This document shows, piece after piece, positions 1-11,400 of a DNA stretch of 35,753 nucleotides (the stretch's first letter is position 1; each line of letters starts with the position of its first letter). The stretch lies in assembly GCA_004431415.1 (NCBI GenBank), contig QPMI01000378.1, forward strand, positions 1 to 35,753, in the 5' to 3' direction. The stretch is from Cyanophora paradoxa CCMP329 (Eukaryota; Plantae; Glaucophyta). The notes beneath the pieces are model-generated. The model saw only the letters and a program-made list of their open reading frames with translations, had not been told where the DNA came from and ran no database searches. A program made the translations under genes and the position numbers.

Positions 1-420
1 CATGGCATGGCGCCGGCCGGCATGCGCACGGCTCCCCAGTCCGGATCCGCGGCGCGGCGGAGGGAAGCAATGTCGACGTCGCAGCTGCAGTTGCCTTTCA
101 ATTGCAAGTTTTGGCAAATCAACCGGATTGCAATCATTGGTAACAGGGATCCGGTCCCGCCGCCGCTCGCGATCGAGGCCTTTCCCGCATGCGCAACCCG
201 GGTGACCCCTGGCCCCGCAGCCGCAGTGCCGTCCGAGTCACCTTGTAGGCAGAATTTGTAGCCAACATTAAGGGCTCAAAGGCCACTCTGTGAAAGTCTC
301 TCAGCCTCGAAGAGGACAAACAGGGCAGAGGACAACAGGGACGCGAATTCGGAGGGTGTCGAGCGGCAGGGGAGGGGAGCGTAGGATCGGGGGCCGGCTT
401 GGGAGTGCCAGCGGCGCTGA

Positions 421-478
421 TCAGGAGAGTAACGGGGGAGGGTGCGCGGGGCGAGGCGCCGGTGCTGCCGCCTGCGCA

Positions 479-519
<41 letters not shown>

Positions 520-1634
520 GGCGGCGGCGGCGGCGGCGCGGCGACGGGCGCGGGGAGAGGACTTGAGGTCGGACTCGACGCGGCGCAGGGCCTGCCGGGC
601 GTCAGAGGGGCGCGGGGCTCGCTGGCGCGTGGCGCGACTTCGTATAGAAGGTAGCCGCATGCGGCATCCCGGCAGGCGTATTCGATCTGCGCCGGGGAGA
701 GGACGGCCTCCTCCCAGTTGGTGCGGGCCTGCCGCTTGCAGAGGCGCGCCCCGAGGAACATCCCGCAGAGCTGCCGGAGGCCCAGGCTCTTGGGGTAGCC
801 GAGGGAGCGGGCGAGGGCCTGCAGGTTCGCCATGTTCGCCCCCTTGACCTCGAAGTCGCGCCACAGCTTCCGCGTGTCCTGCACGTCGATCACCCCCGCC
901 TTCACGACCTCCTCCGACGTCAGCAGCGCCCTGCGCCGCGTTCGGCCGGCCCTCGGAGGGGCCACGTGCACAGGGGGCCCCGCAGGGCACCGGAGGGAGG
1001 AGGGCATGCGCCCTCGCCACTGGCTGGCTCGGAAAAGGACGCAGAGCTCGGGGGTGCCGAGCTGGATGACCGCAATCGGGTTCTTCTGACCCCGCACCGT
1101 CTCCGGCTTCCTGCAGCGTGTGCGCCGGCCCCTCAGAGGAGGAGGAGGGGGGCAGACGCCCTCGCAACTGGCTGGCTCAAATCTGCTCACCACTCTGTAT
1201 TTTGTCGTGAAAGGGGCGCGGGGATCGGCTTTGAGCAGGCGAACGGCTGTGAGCAGGATTGACGCACCAGCGTCGAAGCCGAGGACCGGCCGGGCCTGTG
1301 AAACCATCTCCCTATGGAGCTCAGCAACCGCATAATCCACGTCGCTTGCGTCTGAGACGACTAGCGTGCGCCCTTCAAAGCGTAATAAAGGTAGCGCTGC
1401 AAGCTCCTCTTTCGTGGGCGCCGCACAAGGCGGAACGGGGTAACATACTTGTTGCGCCGCGCACCACTGTTTCTCTGGCGGCCTCCTGCGCCCTGGCTGC
1501 GCTGCCCCGCCGTCGCACGCGACCGATCTGCTGTGCCGGCGGCAAGCGGGTAGCCGCTGCGTCACCCAGGCGATCTGCTCTGCTGGACGCCACTGCGCAG
1601 CGCCTCGGGGCAGCGCTAGCGGTGCGAACGCCAT
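421..1634 (-). CDS. DnaQ-like 3'-5' exonuclease (WRN-exo/DEDDy family), possibly organelle-targeted
   Basis: Spliced protein: PTKEELAALPLLRFEG..VLGFDAEWKP (ExoI DxE)..IAVIQLG..VVKAGV..QDTRKL (ExoII)..LGLRQL..TNWE..LSPAQIEYACRDA (ExoIII YxxxD). Introns at 1195-1267, 1111-1190, about 930-990 and 592-638. The last exon reads poly-Ala and ends at TGA 421. Start taken as MAFAPLALP at 1634. Confidence 0.85.
480..540. repeat. (CTG)n followed by (GGC)n microsatellite, encoding poly-Ala in the exonuclease C-terminus
   Basis: Directly visible trinucleotide runs; the frame is fixed by the 592-638 intron. Confidence 0.9.
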
Positions 1635-1865
1635 CGAACAGACCGAGTTAGAAGTACACTCCGGCGCCGCGCTCCTCGCCAGCTTCGACAAGCGAGCGGG
1701 ATCCCGCTTCGGCTACGGACACTGCCGCGCGGCTCGCCGCGTCTTAGCGTCCTCTACCCCCCTGATTCACCATCTACCATCACTCTCGTTCACTACCTCT
1801 TCATTCTCGTTTTCGAGTTCCTTGCAGCTAGAAAACAGCATCGGAGCGCACACGCAAGGCCAGCC
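1635..1865. promoter_or_regulatory. Short divergent intergenic region, putative bidirectional promoter
   Basis: Head-to-head ATGs at 1634(-) and 1866(+); lower GC and a pyrimidine-rich stretch at about 1750-1825. Confidence 0.5.
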
Positions 1866-4800
1866 ATGGCCGACTTCAATGGCCAGGCTTGGGGCTATCC
1901 TCAGGACTCGGCTAGCGCAGCATACACTGCAGCGCAGCCGCAAGCATCCAGCTTCGCCGCCCCGACGTCCTCGGGAGAGTACGATGGGCTGCACGGGGCC
2001 GCGTATGCGAGCGATGGCGCCTCTGGATCGGTGAGCGTACGCACCAGCGATGCTTTGCGCGTGCTCAGGCATCGCCCCCGCTCGCCCCGCCGCCGAGCTC
2101 GGTCTTACCTCTCGCCGCGTCGCACGGTCGCAGGGCGTCGGGGGCCGTGCAGCGAAGCGAAAACACGCGATGATGGATGAGAGCGGAGGCGATCTCGGGG
2201 ATATGGATTCGTCTGAAGGAGAAGGCGACGAAGGCGGTCTGAACGACCCCGAGATCGCGGCAGCTATGGAAGCAGAAGAAGCGGCGGAGGCTGCGCAAGC
2301 GGAATCTGCGGGCGGAAAGTCCGGTGCAGTATGGAAGAAGCCATACACGTGCACGTACTGTGGCGCGCAGTTCAAGTCCAGTCTCCCGTGGCGGTACCAT
2401 GTGCGCCTTTCGCGTTCTCAACGCGCTGGCCTTCTTCACGCGACTCGGATCTTCTTTTTTAATGCCTTTGTATCGCAGGTACGCATGAAGCACGAGCCCG
2501 AGAAGACGCTCAAGTGTACTTGGGAAGGGTGCAACCAGCGTTTCCTTTTCGACACGCACCTCAAGCGCCACGTCGAAACGCGACACGAAGGACACGTGAG
2601 TTGCAACGCGACCTTGTTTTGCATCCGTAGAGGAGCCGCGCCGCTGCTGATGCGCGTGCGGCCCAGCGACCGTACCGGTGCAACGAGGGGGACTGCAAGA
2701 AGACCTTCGCAGACGCGCACGCCCTGCGGAAGCACATCGCCGTGCACAAGCGGGGGAAGTGCGCTGCGCCACGCCATTCGCGGAGCGGGGCAGGGCCGAC
2801 GGGGCGCAGGATGTTCTGTCTGGACGACAACTGCAACAAGTCGTTCACGAGCGAGAAGGCGCGGGAGGAGCACATGGCGCTGCACGACGGCACCGCCAAG
2901 TTCAAGTGCGACGCCTGCGACAAGGTCTTCACCAAGAGCGAGCAGCTAAAGGTCCGCCCCGCCCCGCCCCGCCCCGCCCCGCGGCGCAGCGGGCCGACGC
3001 GGGGCCAGTCGCACAAGCAGCGCTGGCACGAGGGGCCGAAGATCAAGTGCGGGAGCTGCCCCGAGATGTTCCACACCAAGGGCCAGCTCTCCTCCCACAT
3101 CCGCGAGGCGCACCCCGAGGACACGCGCAAGTGCGCCGCCGCCGGCGGGGGCGAGGCGGGGCGGGGCGGGGCCCGACGGGGCGCAGGGGGTACACGTGCG
3201 GGGTGGAGGGGTGCGGGCGGAACTTCGGGTCGCGGGCGGACTTCGACCAGCACCTGACGGACGCGCACCACGACGTCGCCCGCCAGTGCGAGGTCGACGG
3301 CTGCCGCTCGTCCGCCCCGCCCCGCCCCGCCCCGCCCCGCCCTGCCGCAGCGCGGGGCCGACGCGGCGCAGGGTCTCGTACAACGACGAGTCCTACTTCC
3401 AGCACATGATCCGGTACCACGGCGAGGCGGACGCCCCCGAGTTCTTCCAGCGCTGGAAGGAGAAGCGCAAGGAGACGTACAACAAGAACGCGCAGCGGCT
3501 GATCCAGAGCAAGAAGGGGGGCGTCATGCGGGCGAACGACAAGCAGCTGGAGAAGCTGCGGAAGAAGGCCGAGCGGCTCGAGAAGGAGAAGCTCGCCCTC
3601 CCGCCCCTCTTCGACGAGACCCTCGAGCAGTCCCTCAAGAACGTGCGCCCCGCCCCCGCCCCCGCCCCGCCCCCGGGCCCCGGCGGGGTTCGAGGCGGTG
3701 GGGCCAGATGCTGCGGGACCTGAACGTGCGGGAGGAGGAGTCCCTCGAGCTCGCCGCCCAGGCCTTCCGCGTCGTGCCCGCCCCGCTGCCCCGCCCCGCG
3801 GCCGGCGCCGACGGGCCGCAGATGCTGGCGGACGCGGAGCGGCGGCGGCAGTGGCGGGACGCGCGGGCGCTGAAGCAGGCCCAGGAGGCCTTCCGACGGA
3901 GCCCCGAGACGGCCCTCAGCCCGGAGGCGAACCCCGCGCTCGCCGAGCTCGCCCGCTCCGGCACCGCCTACATCCTCGGGCCCCAGGGCCTCCTCCCCCT
4001 CTCCGCCCTCCTCCCCAAGGCACCGCCCCCTCCCCCCGAGCCGCCGATGCCCCCGCCCCACGCCCCCGAGCACGAGCCCCTCCCCCACGACCCCCTCCAC
4101 CAGCAGCTGCACCCCGCGCTGCCCCCCGCCCCGCCCTCGCAGCTCCCCATCGCCCCCGTCGACCCCGCCGCCCCCGCAGCCTCCCAAGCGCCAGCACAAG
4201 CACAGGCACAGGCAGCAGCAGCAGCAGCAGGGCCCTCGGGGGCCGCCGCGGGCCCCCCCGAGGGGGCCTTGGGGGCGCCCCCCGAGGGCGCTCCGGCGGG
4301 GCCCTCATCGTCCGCCGGGCCGGCGGGGCCTGCTGGGCCCGCCGGAGCGGCTGGGGCCGCGGGGCCGGGCGGCGGGGCGGAGGCGGGGAAGGGTGCGGGG
4401 AAGGCGCCGAGCCTGACGGAGCTGACGCAGCAGCTGAACCAGCCGGTCTTCCTGGTGCCGGCGGGGAACGCCTTCATGCCGATCTCCGTGCCCCTCACCC
4501 CCGCGGCCGTGCACAACGCGGCGACGGCCCAGGCGCCCGTCATCCCCAACGAGACCCTCGAGCGCTACCTCGCCGGCAAGTTCCTCACCCGCGTCTTCCT
4601 CATGCAGGCGAGCGCCTCCGCGCGGGGCCCGGGGGGCGGGGCGGGGCGGCTGAGGGGCGGGGGCAGGTGCGGGTGCCGGAGGACCCGGCGTCGGACAAGC
4701 CCGTCCTCTCCGACGAGCTCCTCCGCTACGCCTTCGCCGGCGTCTTCCCCCGCCACCTCGTCCCCGGCCCGCCCCGCCCCCCGCCCCCCGCCCGCCCCCG

Positions 4801-5318
4801 CCCCCCTCACGCCCCGCAGACCTCCGCCAGTACGTCAACGACCACCTGCAGATCGCCCCCCCGGGCTCCTGGCTCCCCGTCCTCTTTGTCGTGCGGGTGC
4901 GGGCGGGGGCCGGCGCTGCGGGGCGGGGGGCGGGGCGAGCGGGGCGCAGGACCCTCTGCCGGAGGAGACGGAGCAGCCGAAGTTCGAGGCGCTGATCGGG
5001 CCGAACGCGGCGAAGCCGAAGGTGCTGAACCTGCAGCAGATGGTGTACGGGACGACGGGCCGCCCCGTCGAGCTCTCCCTCTACTTCTCCCGCCTCTACC
5101 AGAAGGCGAGCGAGGGGGACGGGGAGGTGCTGGCGGGGCGCCCGGCCCTCGGCTTCAACGCGAACGAGGTGCGGACGGTGTGGCGGATGTGGACGGGGGA
5201 GGACCTCGCGGACGTCCCCGACCAGGAGGTCCTCGACCGCTGGGTCGCCGTCGGCCAGATGCAGTGCCCCCGCAAGTACATCGACGCCTTCGAGCGCGGC
5301 GAGTTCTACGTCACCTAG
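1866..5318 (+). CDS. C2H2 zinc-finger protein: 8 tandem fingers, Pro/Ala-rich linker, uncharacterised C-terminal region
   Basis: After splicing the fingers start CTYC, CTWEGC, CNEGDC, CLDDNC, CDAC, CGSC, CGVEGC and CEVDGC, each with an H-x3/4-H pair. An acidic patch precedes finger 1. More than 10 short introns; TAG at 5316-5318. Confidence 0.85.
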
Positions 5319-5471
5319 CCCCCGCCCCCGTCTCTCCCTTCCAACGCCACTATCTCTTCGACACACACGCGCCGGGGGGCCACCGGGTATTTTGCTCGAG
5401 CTCGGGGTGCACTCGGGGGGCTCGGAGCCGGGGGAGACACTTTTCCACTTGAAGTGGGGCCGACGGCTGAG

Positions 5472-8400
5472 CTACAGGGCTGCGGCGATGGCGGCGAGGG
5501 TCGGGGCGGGGCAGGGGGCGCCGGGGGCGCGGAGGGCGAGGGCGAGGGCGGGAGGGAGGGCGGGGCGCGGCGGCGGGCGGCGCGGGCGGCGGCGAGGGCG
5601 GCGGCGTCGGGGAAGGCCCCGTAGAGGAGGAAGGCGCCGAAGAGGGCCCCCTCGCCCCGGCCCCCGCCCCGCCCCCGCCCGGAAGGGGCCCCGCGTCGGC
5701 GGGGCCGTCGGGGAGGGAGGCGAGGTAGGCGCGCAGGGGCGCCCCCGCGAAGCCGCGCGCCGCGAGGGCCGCCTCGAGGCGCGCGCAGCAGGCGGCGAGG
5801 AAGGAGGCCCGCAGCAGCGGCTCCCGCCCCGCCAGGAGGCGCCCGCGAGGGCCCCTCGTAGAAGGCGGCCGCCAGGCGCAGGCCCATCGCCTCGAGCGCC
5901 GCGCGCCCCGGCCGGCACTCGCCCGCCGCGAGCTCGGCGGCGGCGCGGCGGGCGGCGAGGTACGGCTCCAGCGCCTCCCGCTTCTCCCGCGCCGCGCACT
6001 CGAAGAGGAGGCCGGCGTGGAAGGCCCGCGCACCGGGGCCCCGGCCCCCCCTCTCCATCCCCGCCCCACGCCGCCCCTGCGCCCCGCCGCCCTCTCCGCC
6101 CGCCCGCTGACACCGCTCCCGCCCGGCAGCCGCCCTGTCGGACGTCAGCGGCAGCGGAGTTGGGGGAGGATGGCGGGCACCGGCGGCGCGCTCGCTGGCG
6201 GGGCCGGCGGGGCGGGCCGCAGAAGTGGCGAGCGAAGGCGGGGAGGGCGGCGTCGAGGGGCACGAGGCGAGGAAGTCGGCCGCGCCGCGCCTGCCGCCCG
6301 TCAGCGCGGCCGGCGCGGCGAGGGTGCCGGCGCGGGCACCGGCGCCAGCTCTGCGAGCTCCAGGGGCCCCCGTCTGCTCGGAGGCGCCCTCCCGCGGTGT
6401 GCGGCGCCGGAGGGGGCGGCGGGTGCGACGTCGGGCGCGTGCACGGCCCGCTGCTTCACGTAGATGACCCGCCTGCGCCGCCCGCTCCCGTCAGGCCGGA
6501 CGAGCGGCGGCGGCGGCGGCCGGCGGGCGGGCCTCGAGCGAAGCCGGTCGGCGGCGGCGGGGTTTCCGCGCAGGTCGAGGTTGATGGGCCAGTGCCTGCC
6601 GACAGTCAGGCGAGAGGCGCGCCGGGAGGCGGCGGGCGCGCTTGGGACTGGCGGCGCGGATGCTGAGGATGCGCTCGAACTCGGGGAGCAGGCACGGCGT
6701 CGTCAGCTGCAGCAGCCGCGGCGCCGCCCCCTCCTCCCCGCACGCCTCCTCGGGGGCCACGGTGAGCTGCGGCGGGGTCGCGGGGGCGCGGGGCGGTGCG
6801 GGGGGGACGGGGGCGGGCCAGGAGGGGCAGGGGGACGGGGCGGGCGGAGTCGACGTCGCGGGCCTCGAGGCAGCGCCACTCGGCGGCGAGGGCGTAGAGG
6901 TGCCGCGCCGCCTGCACGTGGTACCGGTTGTCCCCCGTGCTCACCGGCCACCGCGGGAAGAGGGCCGCCACCAGCGCCGCCACCGCCCCGTCCCCTCGCC
7001 CCAGCGACGCTGCGCCCCGCTCGCCGCCGCCGGGGCGGGGGCGGGGCGGAGGAGCACGGAGAGGGGCGCACCGCGGCCGCCGGCGAGGAAGAGGAGGCCG
7101 GTGGCGAGGTGCAGCGCCATGTGGCTCCCGTACGGCACCTCCCCGTCCACCTGGCCCGCCCCGCTCGCCCCCCGCCCGCCCTCCCCGGGACCCCGGTGGG
7201 CGCACCTTGCGGCGGAGGGCGCGGAGGAGGCGGAGGCAGTCGAGGTTGCCGCTGCCGGCCATCACGCAGCAGAGCGCCGTCGCCGTCGCCGCCACGCACG
7301 CCTCCACCGTCAGCTTGTCCAGCTGTGCCCGCCCCGCCGCCAGCGCCGCCGCCTCCGCCGCCCGCGCCGCCGCCGCCGCCGCCTCGGGCGTCGCCCCGCA
7401 CGGTGCGCGGCGGCGAGGGCGGCGGCGGCGGCGGCGGCGGCGGTGGCGCGCAGGCCGCCGACGTCGGGCAGCTCCTCCTCCGCGGAGGGCCCTCGGGGCC
7501 GGCCCCTCGCCGGCCCCGCCCCGCCCCGCCCGGCACGCTCGGCCGCCGTGGAGGCGAGGGCGGGTCGGGGCCCGTGCCCCCAGCCGTGCCCGCAGGCGGC
7601 TGAAGGCGCGGAGGTAGCTGCCGCGGGGCTCGGGCGGGCGGGGGCGGGGCTCGGCGGGCGGACCGGAGGAGGGTGCGGAAGGGCGGGCCTCGTGGGTGCC
7701 GGCGAAGCGGATGCCGAGGGCGAGGCAGGCGCCGGCCACCGCGTACATGCGCACCTGCGCCGCCTCACGCCCCCGCCGCGCCGGGGCGGGGCGGGGCGGG
7801 CGGGGCCGGGCCTGGCGGAGGTCGGCGAGGTCGAGGTCGGCGGCGTCGGGCGCCTCGTCCTCCTCGAGCGGCGCGAGCTGCGCGGAGCCGCCCAGCGGGG
7901 CCCCCCGGGGCCGCATGGAGCGCGCCATCTCGGGCAGCTGCGCCTCCACCCAGGCCTCGCTCGGGCGCACGCCGCGCCAGAGGATGAGGGCCCGCGCCAG
8001 CACGCGCAGCGCCGCCATGTCGGGCCGCAGCTGCTCGAGGCCGTAGAGCGAGTCCGGGAGGGCGAGGCGGGCGGCGACGGCGGCGTCCTCGGTGCGGAGG
8101 TACATGAGGCCGAGCGCGAGGGTGGCCCCGGGGGACGTGATGTGCACGTTCACCTGCTCCCCCTCCTTGATCCGCGACGCCCGCACCGAGTCGCTCGGCG
8201 CCGTCAGCGGCCCCGCGGGGTGCTGGGAGCGGGGTGAGGGGCGGGGCGCGGGGGCGCGGGGCGGGGCGGGGGCCGGGGCGGGCCTTGCCGCCGTGGATGA
8301 GGCGGTGGAGGCGCTCCTCGAGGCGGAGGTCGGAGAGGCCGGCGGCGGCGGCCCCGCGCCCCAGGACGACCATCCCGAGGGCGAGCCCCGCCGAGGTCGC

Positions 8401-11400
8401 GTACGCCTCCCGCTCCAGCCGCGAGTCCGGCGCCTGCCGCCGCCCGATCTCCTGGAGCAGCAGCTCCGCCATCAGCCGGTGGCACGTGCCCTCGTAGAGG
8501 AGCCCGACGCCGAGGAGGGCCGTCGCCTGCACGGCCCCGCTGACCTCCAGCTCCGGGTAGGAGGGCGGGTGCAGCGCCGGCACGTGCACGCAGAGCGCGC
8601 GCGAGGCGACCGCGTCCATCGTGCCCCGCCTGCGCCCTCTCAGCGGCGCCGGCGGCGGCGGCCGGCGGGGCGGGGCGCGCCTGGAGGCGGCGAGGCCGAG
8701 GAGGAGGCCCACGGTGGTCGCCTCGTGGCCGTGCTGCAGGTACCGGTAGAGGTCCGTCGGCGCCAGGCTCGCCAGGTGGCCCGCAGGCCCAGCCCGAGCA
8801 GCACGCCGCCGTGCGCCGCGCTCATCTGCTCAGGCCGGTTGTAGACGATCCAGGCGCGGGTGACGTCGGCGGGGGCGGCGGCGAGGCGCAGGCCGGCGGC
8901 CGCCCCGTTGTGGAAGTCGGGCCACTGCGGGCCGGCGTGAGGCGGGGCGGGGCGGGGCGGGGCGCGGGGCGGGCACGGTGAGGAAATCGGGGGGCAGGGC
9001 GGCGGCGTCGAGCTGGATGGTGGCGTCGTTGGGCGGCACGCGCCCCGCCAGCGAGAGCGGCGGCACGGGGAGCGCCTCGACGGCCCCCGCGGGGCCCGTC
9101 CCCAGCGTGTACGCCCCGCGCCCGACGGGGAGGGCGGTGGTGCGCTGGGCGAGGGTGAGGAGGGCGCGCTGCTGCAGGGCGACGTAGTCGTGGTCGTTCG
9201 CCTCGGGGGGGCGCGCGACGGGGAGGCGCCCCGGGCGGACGAGCGGAGGAGGCGGGAGACCTCGCGGAGGCGCAGGTCGGCCCCGAACCGGGCGGCGGCG
9301 CGGGGCGCCGAGGCCCCTCGCCGAGGCCGGCCGCGGCGGCGGCGGCGGTGACGACGAGCCCGAGGTCCGCCAGCTCCGTCCCGTCCGTGCTCGCCCGGGC
9401 CCGCCCCCGCCCCGCCCCCCGGCCCCCCGGCCCCGGCCCCGGCCCCGGCCCGGCACCGGCGACGGCGCCGGCGGCGGCGTCGCGCGCGGCCCGGCCGCCA
9501 TCGGCGCGCCCGGCGCGGCGGCTGCAGCGACGCCGGAAGCCCCGCCGCGGGAGCTGCCGGCGCCGGGGCGGCGGCCTGGGCGGCCCCGGGGCTGGACGCG
9601 GCCGGGCCCGGGCTCCGTGGCGGCGGGCTGGTCGGGGCGGCGGGCATCGGGGCAGCGATCTCGGCGGCGAGGTCGGGGCGGCCGACGAGGCGGTAGGCGG
9701 CGGCGGGCCAGTCGCCGGGCGGGGCGGGGCGGCAGGCGCGGAGGGCCTCGAGGAGCGGGAGGGCGACGGCGGGGCCAGGCGGGCGACGTCGCCGGGGCGC
9801 ATCCCCTCCGCCACCATCGCCAGCACCAGCCGCTCCGCGGGACGCCCCGCGCTGCACTCCACCTCGCACGCCTCCCCCGCCTCCGAGCCGGCCACCGCCG
9901 GCGCCCCAGCAGCGCGTACCGCACCGCCGAGCCCGGCGTGCCGGCGCCGCCGCCGCTCGCCGGCGTCGCCCACGCCTCGCTTGGCGTCCCCGCGCTCGAC
10001 GCCGTCAGCGACGAGCGTCGCGGCGGCCGCGGCGTGGCCCCCACGACCTGCACCGCCAACCCGGAGGGCCCGGCCGCGCCCGCGCCGGCGTCGCCAGGGC
10101 CCCGCCGTGGCCGCCGCGGAGCTCTCGAGGGCCGGCAGGGCCCCCGTCGGGCTGTACGTGAGGCTCACGAGGCTGGCGGCGGCGTGCGCGGCGGGCCGGG
10201 GCGCGCGGCCGGCGCGAGGCCGCCGTCGGCGGAGCCGTCGAGGGCGGTGTAGAAGCGGACGACGCGCCGCAGCGGCGCGCAGAAGCCGCAGCCGGCGAAG
10301 CGCGCCGGGACGGGGAAGGGGCGGGGGCGGCGCCGGGAGCGGGCGGAGGCGGCCGGCGAGCCAGGCGAGGATGTCGGGGGCGAGGCGGGGAAGTCGGCGG
10401 GGGACGGGCGGGGCGGCGCGCAGGGGCGGAGGCCCACGCGGGGCGGCGAAGTCGCCGGTGTAGCGCGCGTAGTAGTCGGCGTAGGCGGGGAGGCCGCCGC
10501 AGCCGCAAGCTGCGCCAGCAGCGCGGCGAGGCGCGGCACCCGCGGCCAGTCCGGCGTGCTCAGCTTCGCCCCTCCAGCGCGAGGTGCAGCGTCTGCACCA
10601 CCGCCGCCGCGTGCGGGCCCAGCAGCGCCGCCGCCGCCGCCCCCGCCGCCTCCTGCTCGCCAGCCGGCGGCGGGGAGGGCGGCCGCAGGGTCGCCAGCAC
10701 GGGCGAGGCGGCGAGTCGGCGGTGTGGGCCCGACCTGCGCGCCGTGTGAGGGGCGGCGGGGCGGGGCGGAGGGGCGGCGGGGGGCGAGGGCACCGGAGGA
10801 GGAACTCCCAGTCGGAGAGGCCGGCGAGGCCCTCCTCGGCCGCCCCCGCCCCCGCCCCCGCCCCGCCCTCCTTCCCCCTCTCCTTCCCCTCCTCGTCGGG
10901 GCGGGCGGGGCGGGGCGGCGAGCGGGAGGCGGGACGCCGGACGGTGCGGAAGGCCTCCTTGACGGTCCCGGGGGGCCGCCCGGGCGTCCTCCCCGCCCCC
11001 GCCCCGCGGCCCTCCTCGCCCGTCACAAGCCGCAGCAGGCCGGAGGAGAAGCTCTCCCACTCGGCCTCGGGCCCGCCGGGCGCGGCGGAGGCGGAGAGGG
11101 CGGCGAGGAGGGCGGCGTGGGCGTCGAGGGCGGCGGGCGGGGGCAAAGCGGCGAGCACGGCCTCCCAGCAGTCCCGCACCAGCTCCGAGGCCGGCCCGAA
11201 CGCCACGCTCACGCGCTCGCTCCCCCGGCCGCCCGCCGCGCCGTCAGCCGCGGCCCCACGGGGTCGGCGAGGGCGGCGAGGGGCGCGGCGCGGCAGCGCA
11301 GGAGGGCGCGGGCGCCGACGTGGATGCGGAGGCTCCCGTCAGCGTGCAGCACGGCGATGTCCAGCGCCGCCTCGCCGCCCCTGCCCCGCCCCGTCAGGCG

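Noticed and set aside
480-518. Poly-Q tract in ORF 276-1691
   Set aside because: Splicing the 592-638 intron shifts the frame, so the repeat encodes poly-Ala and the gene ends at 421.
2952-3371. Near-identical introns (2952-3008 and 3310-3371) as introner elements
   Set aside because: The similarity is mostly the shared CCCCG low-complexity repeat plus splice signals; there is no complex shared core, TIR or TSD.
8770-8790. Programmed frameshifting or pseudogenisation of APC1
   Set aside because: The indels fall in G/C homopolymers while the protein motifs stay conserved, so sequencing error is the simpler explanation.
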